Source: Squalus acanthias
Lineage: Eukaryota
DNA: 64,000 nucleotides
Assembly: GCA_030390025.1 (NCBI GenBank)
Contig: CM059426.1
Coordinates: 27,094,001-27,158,000, forward strand
Direction of reading: 5' to 3'
The position numbers were made by a program, and so were the translations under genes. Positions 26,401-37,279 of the stretch are shown here, piece after piece; positions within the stretch are counted from its first letter, which is position 1; the number at the start of each line of letters is the position of its first letter. The notes beneath the pieces were generated by a model that was given only the letters and a program-made list of their open reading frames with translations, made no database searches and was not told the origin of the DNA.

Positions 26401-27375
26401 TAATATGCTTACCTCTACGGTAATTAAATGCCTCGATCAGGTCTTTTCCCTTTGCGGGACGGCCAATTTTATCCACACTGATCGGGGTCCCTCCTTTATG
26501 TCGAGTGAACTTAAAAGTTATCTCTCCCAACGGGGAATCGCCTCAAGTAGGACGACACCATATCACCCAATCGGTAACGGACAGGTTGAACGATACAATG
26601 CCATCATCTGGAACGCTGTCCGTCTGGCACTAAGGTCACGCAACCTAGGTCACGCAACCTGCCGGACCAGCAGTGGGAAACGGTGCTCCCCAACGCGTTA
26701 CACTCTATCAGGTCTCTTCTCTCCACATCTACTAATGTCACGCCTCATGAGCGATTCTTCAAATTCCGGCGTCGCTCTACACATGGGACGTCTCTACCGT
26801 CATGGTTGGTGGCTCCAGGCCCGGTGCTACTCCGGAGGTTCGTCCGGTCTGCCAAAAACGACCCTCTCGTTGACGAGGTGGAGTTAACGGAGGTAAACCC
26901 CACGTATGCGCATGTACGGTACCCTGATGGCCGGGAGACCACCGTCTCGCTCCGAGATCTGGCTCCCTGCCCAACCGGTCACACGGGCCCGAATGATGAA
27001 GGATCCCCCGACAATGATATAAACACTCCGCACCCCTATGAAAATGACGCCCCGCCTGGGACATCGGGGGATCTGCCGGCAACGCTACCGGATCAACTCA
27101 GGGAGCTGGACGCTCCCCGTAGGATGGCCACCCGAAACCAGGACGCCGGACAATCTCCAGCCACAACCCGGGATGATGCCAGCTCAGCACCTGTGGGGAC
27201 CCGCACCCGGAGTCATGATATTCCCAGTCCTCCACGGGATGATCAAGATGACGCGGACTCTACTGACTTACCGGTACGGGCCAAGCGACCCAGGACCAGG
27301 ACACGGTCCGGGGAGACGTGCCTTCCAGTCACAAGCAGAGAGCTAAACGTCTACGGCTATTTCTGGTCCGCCTAG
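23430..27375 (+). pseudogene. Gypsy gag-pol polyprotein broken by two frameshifts
   Basis: ORFs 23430-24047, 23921-26887 and 26683-27375 join into one frame if a 1-bp deletion near 23829 (restoring IRDSFINGIAS) and a 14-bp duplication at 26633-26660 are repaired. Motifs: CFFCGGACHHRKFC, CNHCSKKGHFSKVC, LIDSCSS (PR), YLDN (RT), ECDAS (RNase H), HHCC and IDFKGP...HTDRG...VERYN (IN). Confidence 0.93.
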
Positions 27376-27421
27376 TCCGTTAAAGGAAGACTGGACTTCC
27401 AAACCTTTTAGGGAGGAAGAA

Positions 27422-27636
27422 TGTCATAAATCGCAAGTAACAACTCAGGAAGTACTACTGGGCGGCCAGCTGGGGCGCCGTCCAGGGAGTATAAATACTC
27501 AGGCATGGGCCCACCTTGGGCAGAGACAATCTGGAAACAGGAAGCTAGTGACTGCTAACTAGACCTCCATGTTTTGTTACAAGTTACAAGTTGATTAAAG
27601 CCTTGTTCAAGTGCGTAGTGAGTCTTTATTACGTCA
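27422..27636 (+). repeat. 3' LTR
   Basis: TGTCATAA...TTACGTCA; differs from the 5' LTR only by base 1, a 7-bp duplication and a 7-bp deletion. Confidence 0.95.
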
Positions 27637-28239
27637 AACACCACCACCTGTAAGTTCCCCTCCAAGTTACCACCATCCTGACTTGGAAGTATATCGCCGA
27701 TCCTTCATCGTCGTTGGGTCAAAATCCTGGAACTCCCTCCGTAACAGCACTGTGTGGGAGTACCTTCACCACACGGACTGCAGCGGTTCAAGAAGGTGGC
27801 TCATCACCACCTTCTGAAGGGCAATTAGGGATGGACAATAAATGCTGGCCTTGCCAGTGACTCCCACATTCCAGGAACGAATAAAAAAAAAAAAAATTCC
27901 TACTGCAGTGGAGAGATGATTTGGAACTCTCCATGTGCAATTGTGAATTCAAACCTTAATTCCACCTGTGGCGCACAATGCTTTCTAAGTGACCCTTGAT
28001 GGTCTGGGGGGGAATCTATTCATGGACATTGGGCGAGGATGGGATCTGGCTTGCAATGTCCCCAACAATCAAACGCTGTGATAATACTCGCTGTCTGATA
28101 AAGAGTGTTCATGAGCAGTATGTCAGGGGGCTGATGGTGCCCGTGGAACTGTATTTGACCATAAATCGAGACCTTCTGGGGAGGGGTAAAAAGGGGAAAT
28201 TAAAATTTGTTGATAACATGTAGCTAGATGATGAGCATG

Positions 28240-28790
28240 AAAGAGAGTGATAGCTTTCAGAGGGGCATGGAGATATGGCAGATTTTAATGTAGATAAATG
28301 CAAGATGATAGATGTTGGAGCATGAAATGTGCGTGGATGATAAAGAGATGTCCATTAACAAAAGTGAGACAGGATTTCAGGGTGATTATAGACAAGTCAC
28401 TGAAAATATGTAGTGAATGTAAAGTTGACAATAGTAAAATATCAAGATGAGTCTTTATGATGTACGATCACAAGTCAAAATGAGGTATTTTAATCTTGTA
28501 TTTAGAATATCACCTGACAATTTGGCACATACCCTTAAAAGGGCTGTACTGTATTGGAGAGGGTTCAGACAGAAGCAACAGGCATTGTTGCAGGATTTAG
28601 TCCACTAGTTTATGGAGGCTGAAAGAATTGAACTAATTTTCATTACTGAAGATTAAGAGGGAGCTAATCCAGGTCTTTGAAATGCTGAGATAGCCGGATA
28701 ATGTAGATGTAAGCACACTATTTAATTTGGACTTTGAGCACAGAACTAGAGGATGAGTACAAAATTAATCTCTGCAGATTTACCAGCAAA
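28240..28790 (+). mobile_element. Old degenerate CR1 fragment
   Basis: tggcagattttaatgtagataaatgcaag (WQxxFNVDKCK-like) and ggagagggttcag remnants. Confidence 0.55.
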
Positions 28791-29199
28791 AAATAGTAGT
28801 TAATCAAGTCTTAATTCCTTTAAGGAAGGGAATGGAGAAATACTATTTAGAAACACAGCATTCATCCTCATGTTCCTAGAACATAGTCAGAATTCTACAG
28901 TGTATTTATTTCCTCATTTTCCAGTCAAGGATAGTTAATGTTGGGTTATATGGTTAGATAGGTAAATCAAACATGATTCTAGCATGGATTTTTCCCCAGG
29001 GGAAAAGAAAGGGTAGCTTGGAAAAATGTACAGCACTTTTCCTCAGTTAGAACCCACCATAATGAAGATGGTCTGCAGAAGCAGGAGGTTTCATGGGCTG
29101 ACGGGCTTTGTTTCACTTTATGCTCATTTACCTGCACATTACCAAATATCCTTATTCTCAGTCCTGGGCCTGTATAAACAGCCTCCTTCTCTGCAAATC

Positions 29200-29605
29200 A
29201 CATAACAAGAACAATGTGCATTTATATAGCACCTTTAACATGGTAAAATGTCACAGGCGTTTCATTATTAGGAGAGATGATCAAAAGCTTGGTCAAAGAG
29301 GTAGGTTTTAAGGAGCGCTTTAAAAGGAGAGAGGGGCAGAGAGGTTTAGGGAGGGAATTCCAGCATTTGGGGCCTAGGCAGCTGAAAGCACGGCCGCCAA
29401 TGGCGGTGTGTATAAAATCAATGATGCGCAAGAGACCAGAATTGGAGGAGTGCAATCGTTGGGTTGGATGGGATTACAGAGATAGGGAGAGGAGAGGCCA
29501 TGGACGGATTTGAAAACAAGGATAAGAATTTTTAAATTGAGGCATTGCCAGACCAGGAGTCAATGTAGGTCAGCGAGCACAGGGGTGATGGTGATGGGTG
29601 AATAT
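29200..29605 (-). mobile_element. L2 LINE 3' end
   Basis: GGRAFSCLGPKCWNSLP; tail tgcatttatatagcacc. Confidence 0.8.
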
Positions 29606-29639
29606 AAATCTGTGGATAGGTTAAGATTGAACGATGAAA

Positions 29640-31140
29640 TATAAATTGATATATCAAACTGGATTAAAAATTTGTCAGAAGGGAGAAAACAGAGTGTCTC
29701 AGTTAATGCAGTTTTTTTAAATAGTGATTGGAAGTGGGTTATGGTGTCACACAGCATTCAGTTCTAGGGCCACTTCCGTTCACTGTGTATATCAATGACT
29801 TCAATGTTGGCCTAGAGAGAATGGTTGAAATTTGCTTATGATGCTAAAATAAGAGATTAGAAGACCAAAGGAGGCTAGAAAAGGATATTGATAAGATGGG
29901 GGAATGGGCTAAAATGTGGTAGATTAAATTCAGTGTTAGGTAATGCATTTTGGTTAAAAAAAAGTAATTATTGGAATGGAAGTAGATTCACTGCTTTTTT
30001 TAAATTTATTAGGACAGATGACCACTGATGGGCCGAATGGCCTCCTTTTGTGCTGTACATTTCTAAATTTCTAAGATTTGTTCACGGGCCCATCCCCAAT
30101 TGCCCTTGGTGAGCCACTTCTTGAACCGCTGCAGTCCATGTGGTGAAGGTACTTTGTTGTAGCAGTTTGGTACAACTGAGTGGCTTGCTAGGCCATTTCA
30201 GAGGGGCAGTTAAGAGTCAACCACATTGCTGTGGGTCTGGAGTCATATATAAGCCAGACCAGGTAAGGAGGGCAGATTTCCTTCGCTAAAGGACATTAGC
30301 AAACCAGTTGGGTTTTTCCTACAATCCGGTAGTCACCATTACTGATAATTAAATTAATCTGGAATTAAATTAACTGAATTTAAAGTCCCAGATTATTAGT
30401 CCAGGCCTCTGGATTACTCATCCAGTAACATAACCACTATGCTACCATAGCCCTGTGGAAGAGCAGAGGGATTTTAGGACACAGGTTCATAAGACATTAA
30501 AGGCAGCACCTCAAGTTGATGAGGCTTTAAAAAAAGTAACTAGAATTCTGAATTTTATTTCGAAGTATAGAATACAAAAGACAAGAGGTAATGACGAGCC
30601 TATATAAAACTTTAATTGGACCCCAATTAGAGAACAGTGTGCAGTATTGGGCTCCACACTATAGGAGGGGTACTGAGGGGGTACAACACAGTCACTAAGA
30701 TGCTGATTAGTATACAAAGACTGAAGAAATTGGGTATTTTGTCAGAAAAATACAGATAAGATGTAATAGAAATGTTTAAAATTATGAACGGATGGCCAGG
30801 TAGATAGAGGCAGACTGTTTCCAATAGTTATGAAGTCATAGGTACAAGATTAAATGTAAGAGATTTAGAACAGAAGGCAAGAGAAACTTCTTTACATCGA
30901 GTTCTGAGGTTGTGGAATTCACTTCCATCGTTCGTGGTTGAGGCAGAAACTATTGTCAGGAATTTCTCGGCCTATGTGAACATTCAAGATTAGATTGAAT
31001 AGGTGGATGAAGGCAAAGGGGCTGAAGGAATATGGGAACAGGGTGAGTAAATATGATTAGAACTATTTGCTCACGTGGAGAGTAAACTGGACTGAATGGG
31101 CCGAATGCCCCGTTTCCATGTTAGAACTTCTATGTATTTT
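29640..31140 (+). mobile_element. Old CR1 RT/3' fragment interrupted by younger insertions
   Basis: tggattaaaaatt...aaacagagtg, tatatcaatgact and aaacttctttac...tgtggaattcact remnants; tail atgggccgaatg...ttctatgt. Confidence 0.7.
30075..30453 (-). mobile_element. Non-autonomous bipartite derivative of LINE family B with tRNA-like head
   Basis: 30091-30152 matches the LINE 3' end (9341-9415); 30160-30243 matches its 5' leader (12211-12293); minus-strand head ggctatggtagcatagtggttat is A-box-like. Related shorter copy at ~6615-6800. Confidence 0.75.
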
Positions 31141-33064
31141 TATATATTCCCTCAATTTATATTCTTCAGTCTCAGACACAACATATTTTAGTGAATGCAG
31201 CATTTTTTTAATCTGGCTTTTGTTTTCTCAAGCCAAAATAGAATATTTAAATGTCTGCTAGCAATCCTTTAGAAAACTTAAAATCAGATTACAGGTTCCC
31301 TTCAGCTGTAGAGTTACTTGTTAGTCTCTGCTCCATTTGCATTTTATGTTCTAAGTGGCAGTTTTGCTTCACACCAACACTGCAGTTATAATGCAAATGC
31401 AGCCAGAATCCACAGGCCACCAGAAATGAGGCTCGCTTCACTTCAGCATCCTATTTACACTACTACACAAATATAGTATGGTGTTAAGCCAAAACTACTT
31501 CACACCGATGCTAAACTTGTAGTGTGAATGTACTATAAATCAGCCACTTAAAACACCATCTGGTCCACAGAAATAAATGGTTGGAGTACAGTAAATTTCT
31601 CAATTTTGTGGTGATTCTAACAGCCACTGAGTTAACACTTTGTTGGTCAATTCAGTCTTTGTCAGAGAATTATAAAGATATTTTGAAGAAAGCTCTGCTT
31701 TTCAAGAACTGAAGACTTGTTGCACAAGCTCAGTGCTGAGGAGTGCTGCAATGTAAAGCAGGTATATAATTTTAAAAGGCCTAACTTTAAATAAAAATGG
31801 AACAGCTTAAGCAAATTGATTGGGGGAAGCATTTGTTCATCAGTGCTTCAGCATAGGCCAAGTGAAACACCTTTAAAAGTAGAAGGCTATGCATGCAGGA
31901 TAAATGCATACAGAGTATCAGCAAATGTAGATTAAACAAGCATGAGCCTAAGTGGGCTAACAAATTAATCAAGTTAAATAAAAGGCTAATCAACCTCTAC
32001 CAATCCGCCAAAGATGGAAGAGGTTCACTAGTTTACCCTTCAGCTAATTTCTCATCTATTCCCAAAAATTATCCAGAATTCCCACTGCATCAAGTCTTTT
32101 ATGTGGAACTTTTGTCAAATGCTTTTGCAAATTTAGGTACACCATGGCGTAGGGCTTTCCGTATTCCACGCGGGAAGTCACTTCCTCAAAAACGCTGAGG
32201 TTGATCAGGCAGGGTCTTGTCCTTCCGAATCCATATTGGCTGCTGTTTACTCGGTTTACTGTTGTGCACAAGCCTCAAGTTTACGCCTAATAATCAATTC
32301 CATTACTTTCCACAGTATGAAATAAAACTAATGGTATAAAACATAGATCCAGAAAATTATTGCAAACTAGGATGGGAACACAGGTTCAAAGTAATAAAAA
32401 GGCAAATTTGGGACTGATATCAGGAAATTTTTCCCCACAGAGTGACCCACACATAGAAGACACCAAAACCAGCAGCAGCTCAATCTGAACAGGTGCGGCA
32501 CACTTCAGATGCAGTGCTCCCGTTCAGCACTGGGATCAAGGGAGGGCCAGAAAATTGGCCTCCAGTTCCTAATAAAGTTCAAGTACCTCAATCTGTTTAT
32601 TGTAATCAAACCAACATTTTCCACTGACAGTGCGTTCAAAAATACTAAATGCAATCCACTTGGCATCAGTAAAGTATTAGTTTTTTTTATTGATTCCATC
32701 AATAAATTCTTGGATTTTTGGGGGTCAGTCAATCAGTAAAAAAACAATTCTCATGTGATTACAATCTGAAAAATACAAATTCTCCCTGGTTGGCATCGTG
32801 CTAATGATGTCAGGCATGTCTATGTACACACGTTACTAACAAAATACGCACACTCATCTTCAGACTTACAAAGACTAGGATGAATTTGGAATTTTTGTCC
32901 CACTTATAACAATTTGTTTTGTTTACTTCAGGAAGCACTCACTAATAAATCAAGTTACAATAAACAGATTTAGTTGCCCATGTAAGATTTTTCTAATATA
33001 AAATACAATCACATTTCACTTGGGGAAACATTAAAAAATATATAACCTTTTAAATTTAATACCT

Positions 33065-33465
33065 CCAATTTAAAATTCTCATTTTAGTGTTTAAATCCCT
33101 TCATGGGCTTACCCCTCCCTATCTTTGTAATCTCCACCAGCCCTACAACCCCCACCCCTCCAGAACTCTACATTCCTCCCACTCTAGCCTCATGTATCCC
33201 CTCCTCCCTTTGCCACACCAGTGGTGGTCATGCCTTCAGCTGTCTAGGCCTTGCACTCTGGAATTCTCTTCCTAAAACTCTCTACCTTTTACTCCTTTTA
33301 AGACCCTCCTTAAAACCTACCTTAGACCAAGCTTTTAGTCACCCTCCTAATATCTCCCTTCATTTGGCTTGGAGTTCATTTAAAAAAATCTGATTACACT
33401 TCTGTGAAGCATCTTGGGATGTTTTTCTACGTTAAAGGCGCTATATAAATGCAAGTAGTTGTTTG
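33065..33465 (+). mobile_element. L2 LINE 3' end
   Basis: FKSLHGLTPPYLCNL and LWNSLP; tail aaggcgctatataaatgcaagt. Confidence 0.8.
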
Positions 33466-33578
33466 ACCGTGTTCGCTTTTAAAAAATACAATTTCTTTCC
33501 CCACTTTCTCTATTTTGAGAATTTCTCTCCAGCTTCCTTGAAGCCATAATAGAGCCCATGAACGCTGGAAATAATTGT

Positions 33579-34116
33579 AGGCCATCATTTAGCTAAACTC
33601 TGCCTTTTTGTTGGTTCCTTGCTTCTTTTAACAATCTTCCCCCTTGGTCTGCAGGAGGAATGGGAGGAGGACATGAGGCCAGGCAGAGTAGCACCAGCTG
33701 CCACAGGAGAGGGGGACAGGTGGGCTCCTTCCTCCCTGCAGGTACAGGACATCCCCCTCCTCCTCTGGACCTCCTTCACCAGGACCTCCAGTGCCACGCC
33801 AGAGAACCTGTGCGCCCTCTCCCTCAGTCCCTGAGCCATCCTGAAACCTGGCGCTGTGCGTTAGCCAGCGCACTCCACACCTTCAGTGGAAGTGGGTGCA
33901 TAGAGCCCACATATACTGCTCCACGAAAATTGCTTCTAATTAGCGTTTGAGTGCAAAACCTGCAGGTGTCTGTTTTAGCACTTCCAAGCAAGTTCCAAAT
34001 GATCGTAATCAATTAGGCCCAAAATTGCATGCTAAAACCAGAGTTTCAAACAGGAATATCTTATTAGCACAGCACCCATTTAGTGCCAGTTTTCACCCTT
34101 TTACCAAAATAACCCC
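33579..34116 (-). mobile_element. PIF/Harbinger-type non-autonomous element with Myb/SANT-like remnant
   Basis: MAQGLRERAHRFSGVALEVLVKEVQRRR resembles the Harbinger Myb/SANT N-terminus; right end aaaataacccc|taa is TIR-like. Confidence 0.55.
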
Positions 34117-34602
34117 CTAAAGTTCTTCTGTCAAAGGGAAACCTTCCTGAAGTTACATGGTTTTAAAATGGAGAAACCCACCTGACCCAAAAGGCCAATC
34201 TGGGGAAGGAGGTAAAAACACAAGTTTTTGGGAATAATTTCACAATTGGCAAATACATTTCAGTTGAACAGCTTGATTAACAAGCTTACTGGCCGACTTA
34301 TTGAAACTGCAATACTTTAGTGCAACCGAACACCACATTTAGCTGAGGCAACAGAATAAGCTGCTTATAGCTCCTAGATAACTATCAAGGCCTTCAATTA
34401 ACCCTTTGGAAACACAAAGGCTTTAAAACTAAAAATTAGTGATTAATTTGGCAATATTGTGAATTATTGTTCCATGCATTTCTCAAATTCTACTTTAAAA
34501 TTGAAGACCCAGAACACAGTACCAAACACAAAATGCCATGACTATGCAGGCCACAGTATGGAGAGATTTAATTTAAAAATAAAATCAAACTCTCTATAAA
34601 TA

Positions 34603-34860
34603 ACAACAGAAAACACTGGAAAAACTCAGCAGGCCAGGCAGCATCCGTGGAGAGAGAAACAGAGTTAACGTTTCAGGTCGAAGACCTTTCGTCAGAACTG
34701 GAAAAAAGCAGGAAATGAAATAGATTTAAAGCAAGGATAAAGCTGGGAAAAGGGGGAGGGGATGAAAGAACAAAAGGACAGTTAAGAGACATTAAGAGAT
34801 AATCAAGGCAAGAGGAGGTGTTAATGTGACAGGTTGAGGCTAAATGAAGTGTGAAATGCA
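34603..34860 (-). mobile_element. Penelope pseudo-LTR fragment with an intact minimal hammerhead core
   Basis: Minus strand AGTT-CTGACGA-A-AGGTC-TTC-GACCT-GAAAC-GTT-AACT at ~34663-34699. Confidence 0.8.
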
Positions 34861-35844
34861 CTGGCAGAATGAAGGACAGCTGAGTTTAAAAATATCCAGC
34901 TCTATTCATTTAAATAGGCTTGCAATCAGTTACTGTTTGTCCCGTAAAAGCTGAATGGTCTGACCTTGGTAATACGAGGTTCAATCTGTCCTGCACAAAT
35001 TCAGACGACATCTGTTTTATGCAGCGAGATAGGAAGAGGCTAACAAACAGGCAAAGGAGGGATATAGATAATGCAATGCTCTTAGTAATGAGATAAAGAG
35101 TTCATCCCCAAGGTATGGCTTCGGAATAATCAGGATCGAGCTAAACTCTGCCTTGTTACTAACTGCGACACACATAATTTTCATTGGTGACTTTTGTGTA
35201 TTAAGAATTCTATATTTTTAATCACCAAAGTTACATTTATTTGGGAAGAAGTCAAACTGCTGACAAAACTAAGTATCAAGGATAAAAATAAATTAGTTAC
35301 TGGATACCGAACTCATCCCAGAAGTATGGCTGTGGGTAATTGGGGTCAGTCTGCCATGAGAAAGTGCACCCAGTTAATAATTTCTACACAATCTACACAA
35401 AATTCAATATTGTTGGTCGCAGGATTCTGTCCAGCAGAAGATGCATTGACTGCTGCACTAATTAAAGGGAATTTTCCTCTTTAGTTATGGACTCATTTTA
35501 ATGACTCGTGCATTTCTGCTTTCCAACTGGTTTGTAACAGTTCACGTATAGATTCAAGAAAGTTTCTTCCCCCTGCCCCCAACAATATCTTTGTAGTGGA
35601 GATGAGGCTGTTGGTACTCAGAATTGAAAAATGAACAGCAGGTTGCTGCTGTACATTGCAATTTAACCCAAAATTTATCTAAAAGTATTTATTTTTAATG
35701 TAGTGACTGTACAACAAAACCATTTTACATACAAACACGTTCCATGCAGATGATGGAGATTGAACCAGTAATCAGGTTGGGGAAGAGAGGAGAAAAGGAT
35801 TGGCAAGAAAAATAAATTTAAATCCTGAACAGGTGCGGGAGATA

Positions 35845-36258
35845 AGAGAGACGATTTTCCTGTGGCCCCTGTGCCTGGGCGGCAAGTATATGGAGCACAT
35901 CCGAAGTGCACTCTGCCTGCAATGGCCTGAACCCACCTCTCTTTCCAGTTCAGGTCCTTTAAATAGTCCAGACACTCATTCAGCACAGGCCAGTCTCCTG
36001 GTAGGGCCTCATACCAATCAAGAGGAAAGCCAGCAGTTGCTACAGGCCCGAGAGGCCAAGAAGCGGTGGGACTGGCTGCTAGTGTCAAGGGCTTTCTGGC
36101 TGCTGTCCAAAATAAAAGCAGCCACTTTTTCTCGTCGACCTCTGGCAAACAAAGAGATGATGGAGGGACAGCCAGCATCATAGGTCTTCACCCCTTTTTC
36201 CTATACTTTGCATCTAAGCAGTGTTTCCTGGGCACAAAGCATCGGAAAAATCAGCCCC
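35845..36258. mobile_element. Probable Harbinger-type MITE within the distal candidate UTR
   Basis: Ends gagacgattttcc ... ggaaaaatcagcccc; GC-richer than its flanks. Confidence 0.45.
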
Positions 36259-37236
36259 GGTGTTTCCTGATTGGTAAGTCAAATGAATGTCAAAAATTAA
36301 TTATTTCTCTCCCCACCCCCAAACTTCTATTGCTTTCTTCTATGAAAAAGTACCTTTGTGTTTGAGCTTTCTGGAAGAATGCCTTTTAAAAAAAATGTTT
36401 CATGTTAAGTGTGGGTGGTTGGATACACTTTGACAAACCGTTTATAATGCACTCAAGCCAGTAGCTTTTCCTAGTTGTATAAACCCATGACTCACTTTAG
36501 CTTCTAGCTGTGTTTTATAGCTGAAACAGATTTAACACATCCTATAATTAACCACCCCAACTCCAAATTGCCTGAATTAGGAACGTCATTTATCTGGTTT
36601 AAAAAAAGTTGGCTTTAAAAATAGTGCAGCATTACTTATTTAATTATACATAGGTCTCTTTTCTCCATATAGTCTCTTTCAGCTTAGATCACACAGAACC
36701 AATGATGTCTTGGTGATAAACACTCTTGGTTGATCCTGCATAATAGTATAATGACCTCACAGAGAACATTATTAGTATGTGGTGAGATTACCTCGTTTTT
36801 GCTCTACAGGTGTGAATTATTTCACCAGACAGCAGCTTGATTGACCACTGCCAGGACTCATTACACCTGGCTACTGGGAGTCTAGGGGCAACTGTGGGAC
36901 CTAAACCTAAAATCACAAAGATCTGAATGCAAGGGGGCAGTTTTAAAATATTAATTTCATTGATATTACTAGGCATAGTGAACCTACCAACCTCACAAAA
37001 TGGCTGGAGATATCGAAGGTTAAAATTATGTGCAGTGATTTATTCAAATTTCCATAGATCTATACCTTATACTAACCAAGCTGTGAAAAAAGTACAAACA
37101 CATCGTTGAGATGCTGACTGTTGTTCCTTTCAGTACCACATTCCCTCCCACCTTTTTAAGTCCACTCCTACTGCACAAGTTTTTTCCCATCGTTCAACGT
37201 TTGGAAGGCCCTAATGCAGCAATATCTTGAACTCGG

Positions 37237-37279
37237 GAGAAAGAGAGAGCTATATATATATATATACACACACACACAC
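37237..37279. repeat. Compound (GA)n(TA)n(CA)n microsatellite
   Basis: gagaaagagagagctatatatatatatatacacacacacacac. Confidence 0.9.

Larger units (their letters stand above)
23115..27636 (+). mobile_element. Full-length Ty3/Gypsy LTR retrotransposon (Mag-like), very recent, inserted into a CR1-group LINE
   Basis: Two 215-bp LTRs; 5-bp TSD AACAC (23110-23114, 27637-27641); PPT agggaggaagaa 27410-27421; gag with two Zn knuckles followed by PR-RT-RH-IN. Confidence 0.97.
20443..27895 (+). mobile_element. CR1-group LINE family B, near-complete, split by the Gypsy element
   Basis: Same APE/RT motifs as 9285-12293 in the opposite orientation (ORFs 20579-22941); 3' part resumes at 27642 and ends aataaaaaaaa. 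Confidence 0.9.

Noticed and set aside
23921-26887. 988-aa ORF as an intact host gene or programmed-frameshift pol
   Set aside because: It is Gypsy gag-pol. The break falls inside gag upstream of the Zn knuckles, I see no slippery heptamer there, and the C-terminus is out of frame after a 14-bp duplication.
26940-27375. env gene or chromodomain after integrase
   Set aside because: The tail is Pro/Asp/Thr-rich low complexity with no signal peptide, transmembrane segment or chromodomain pattern.
35675-36365. 168/127/99-aa ORFs
   Set aside because: They overlap a probable MITE in the UTR region, start mostly at non-ATG codons and have no recognisable domain.
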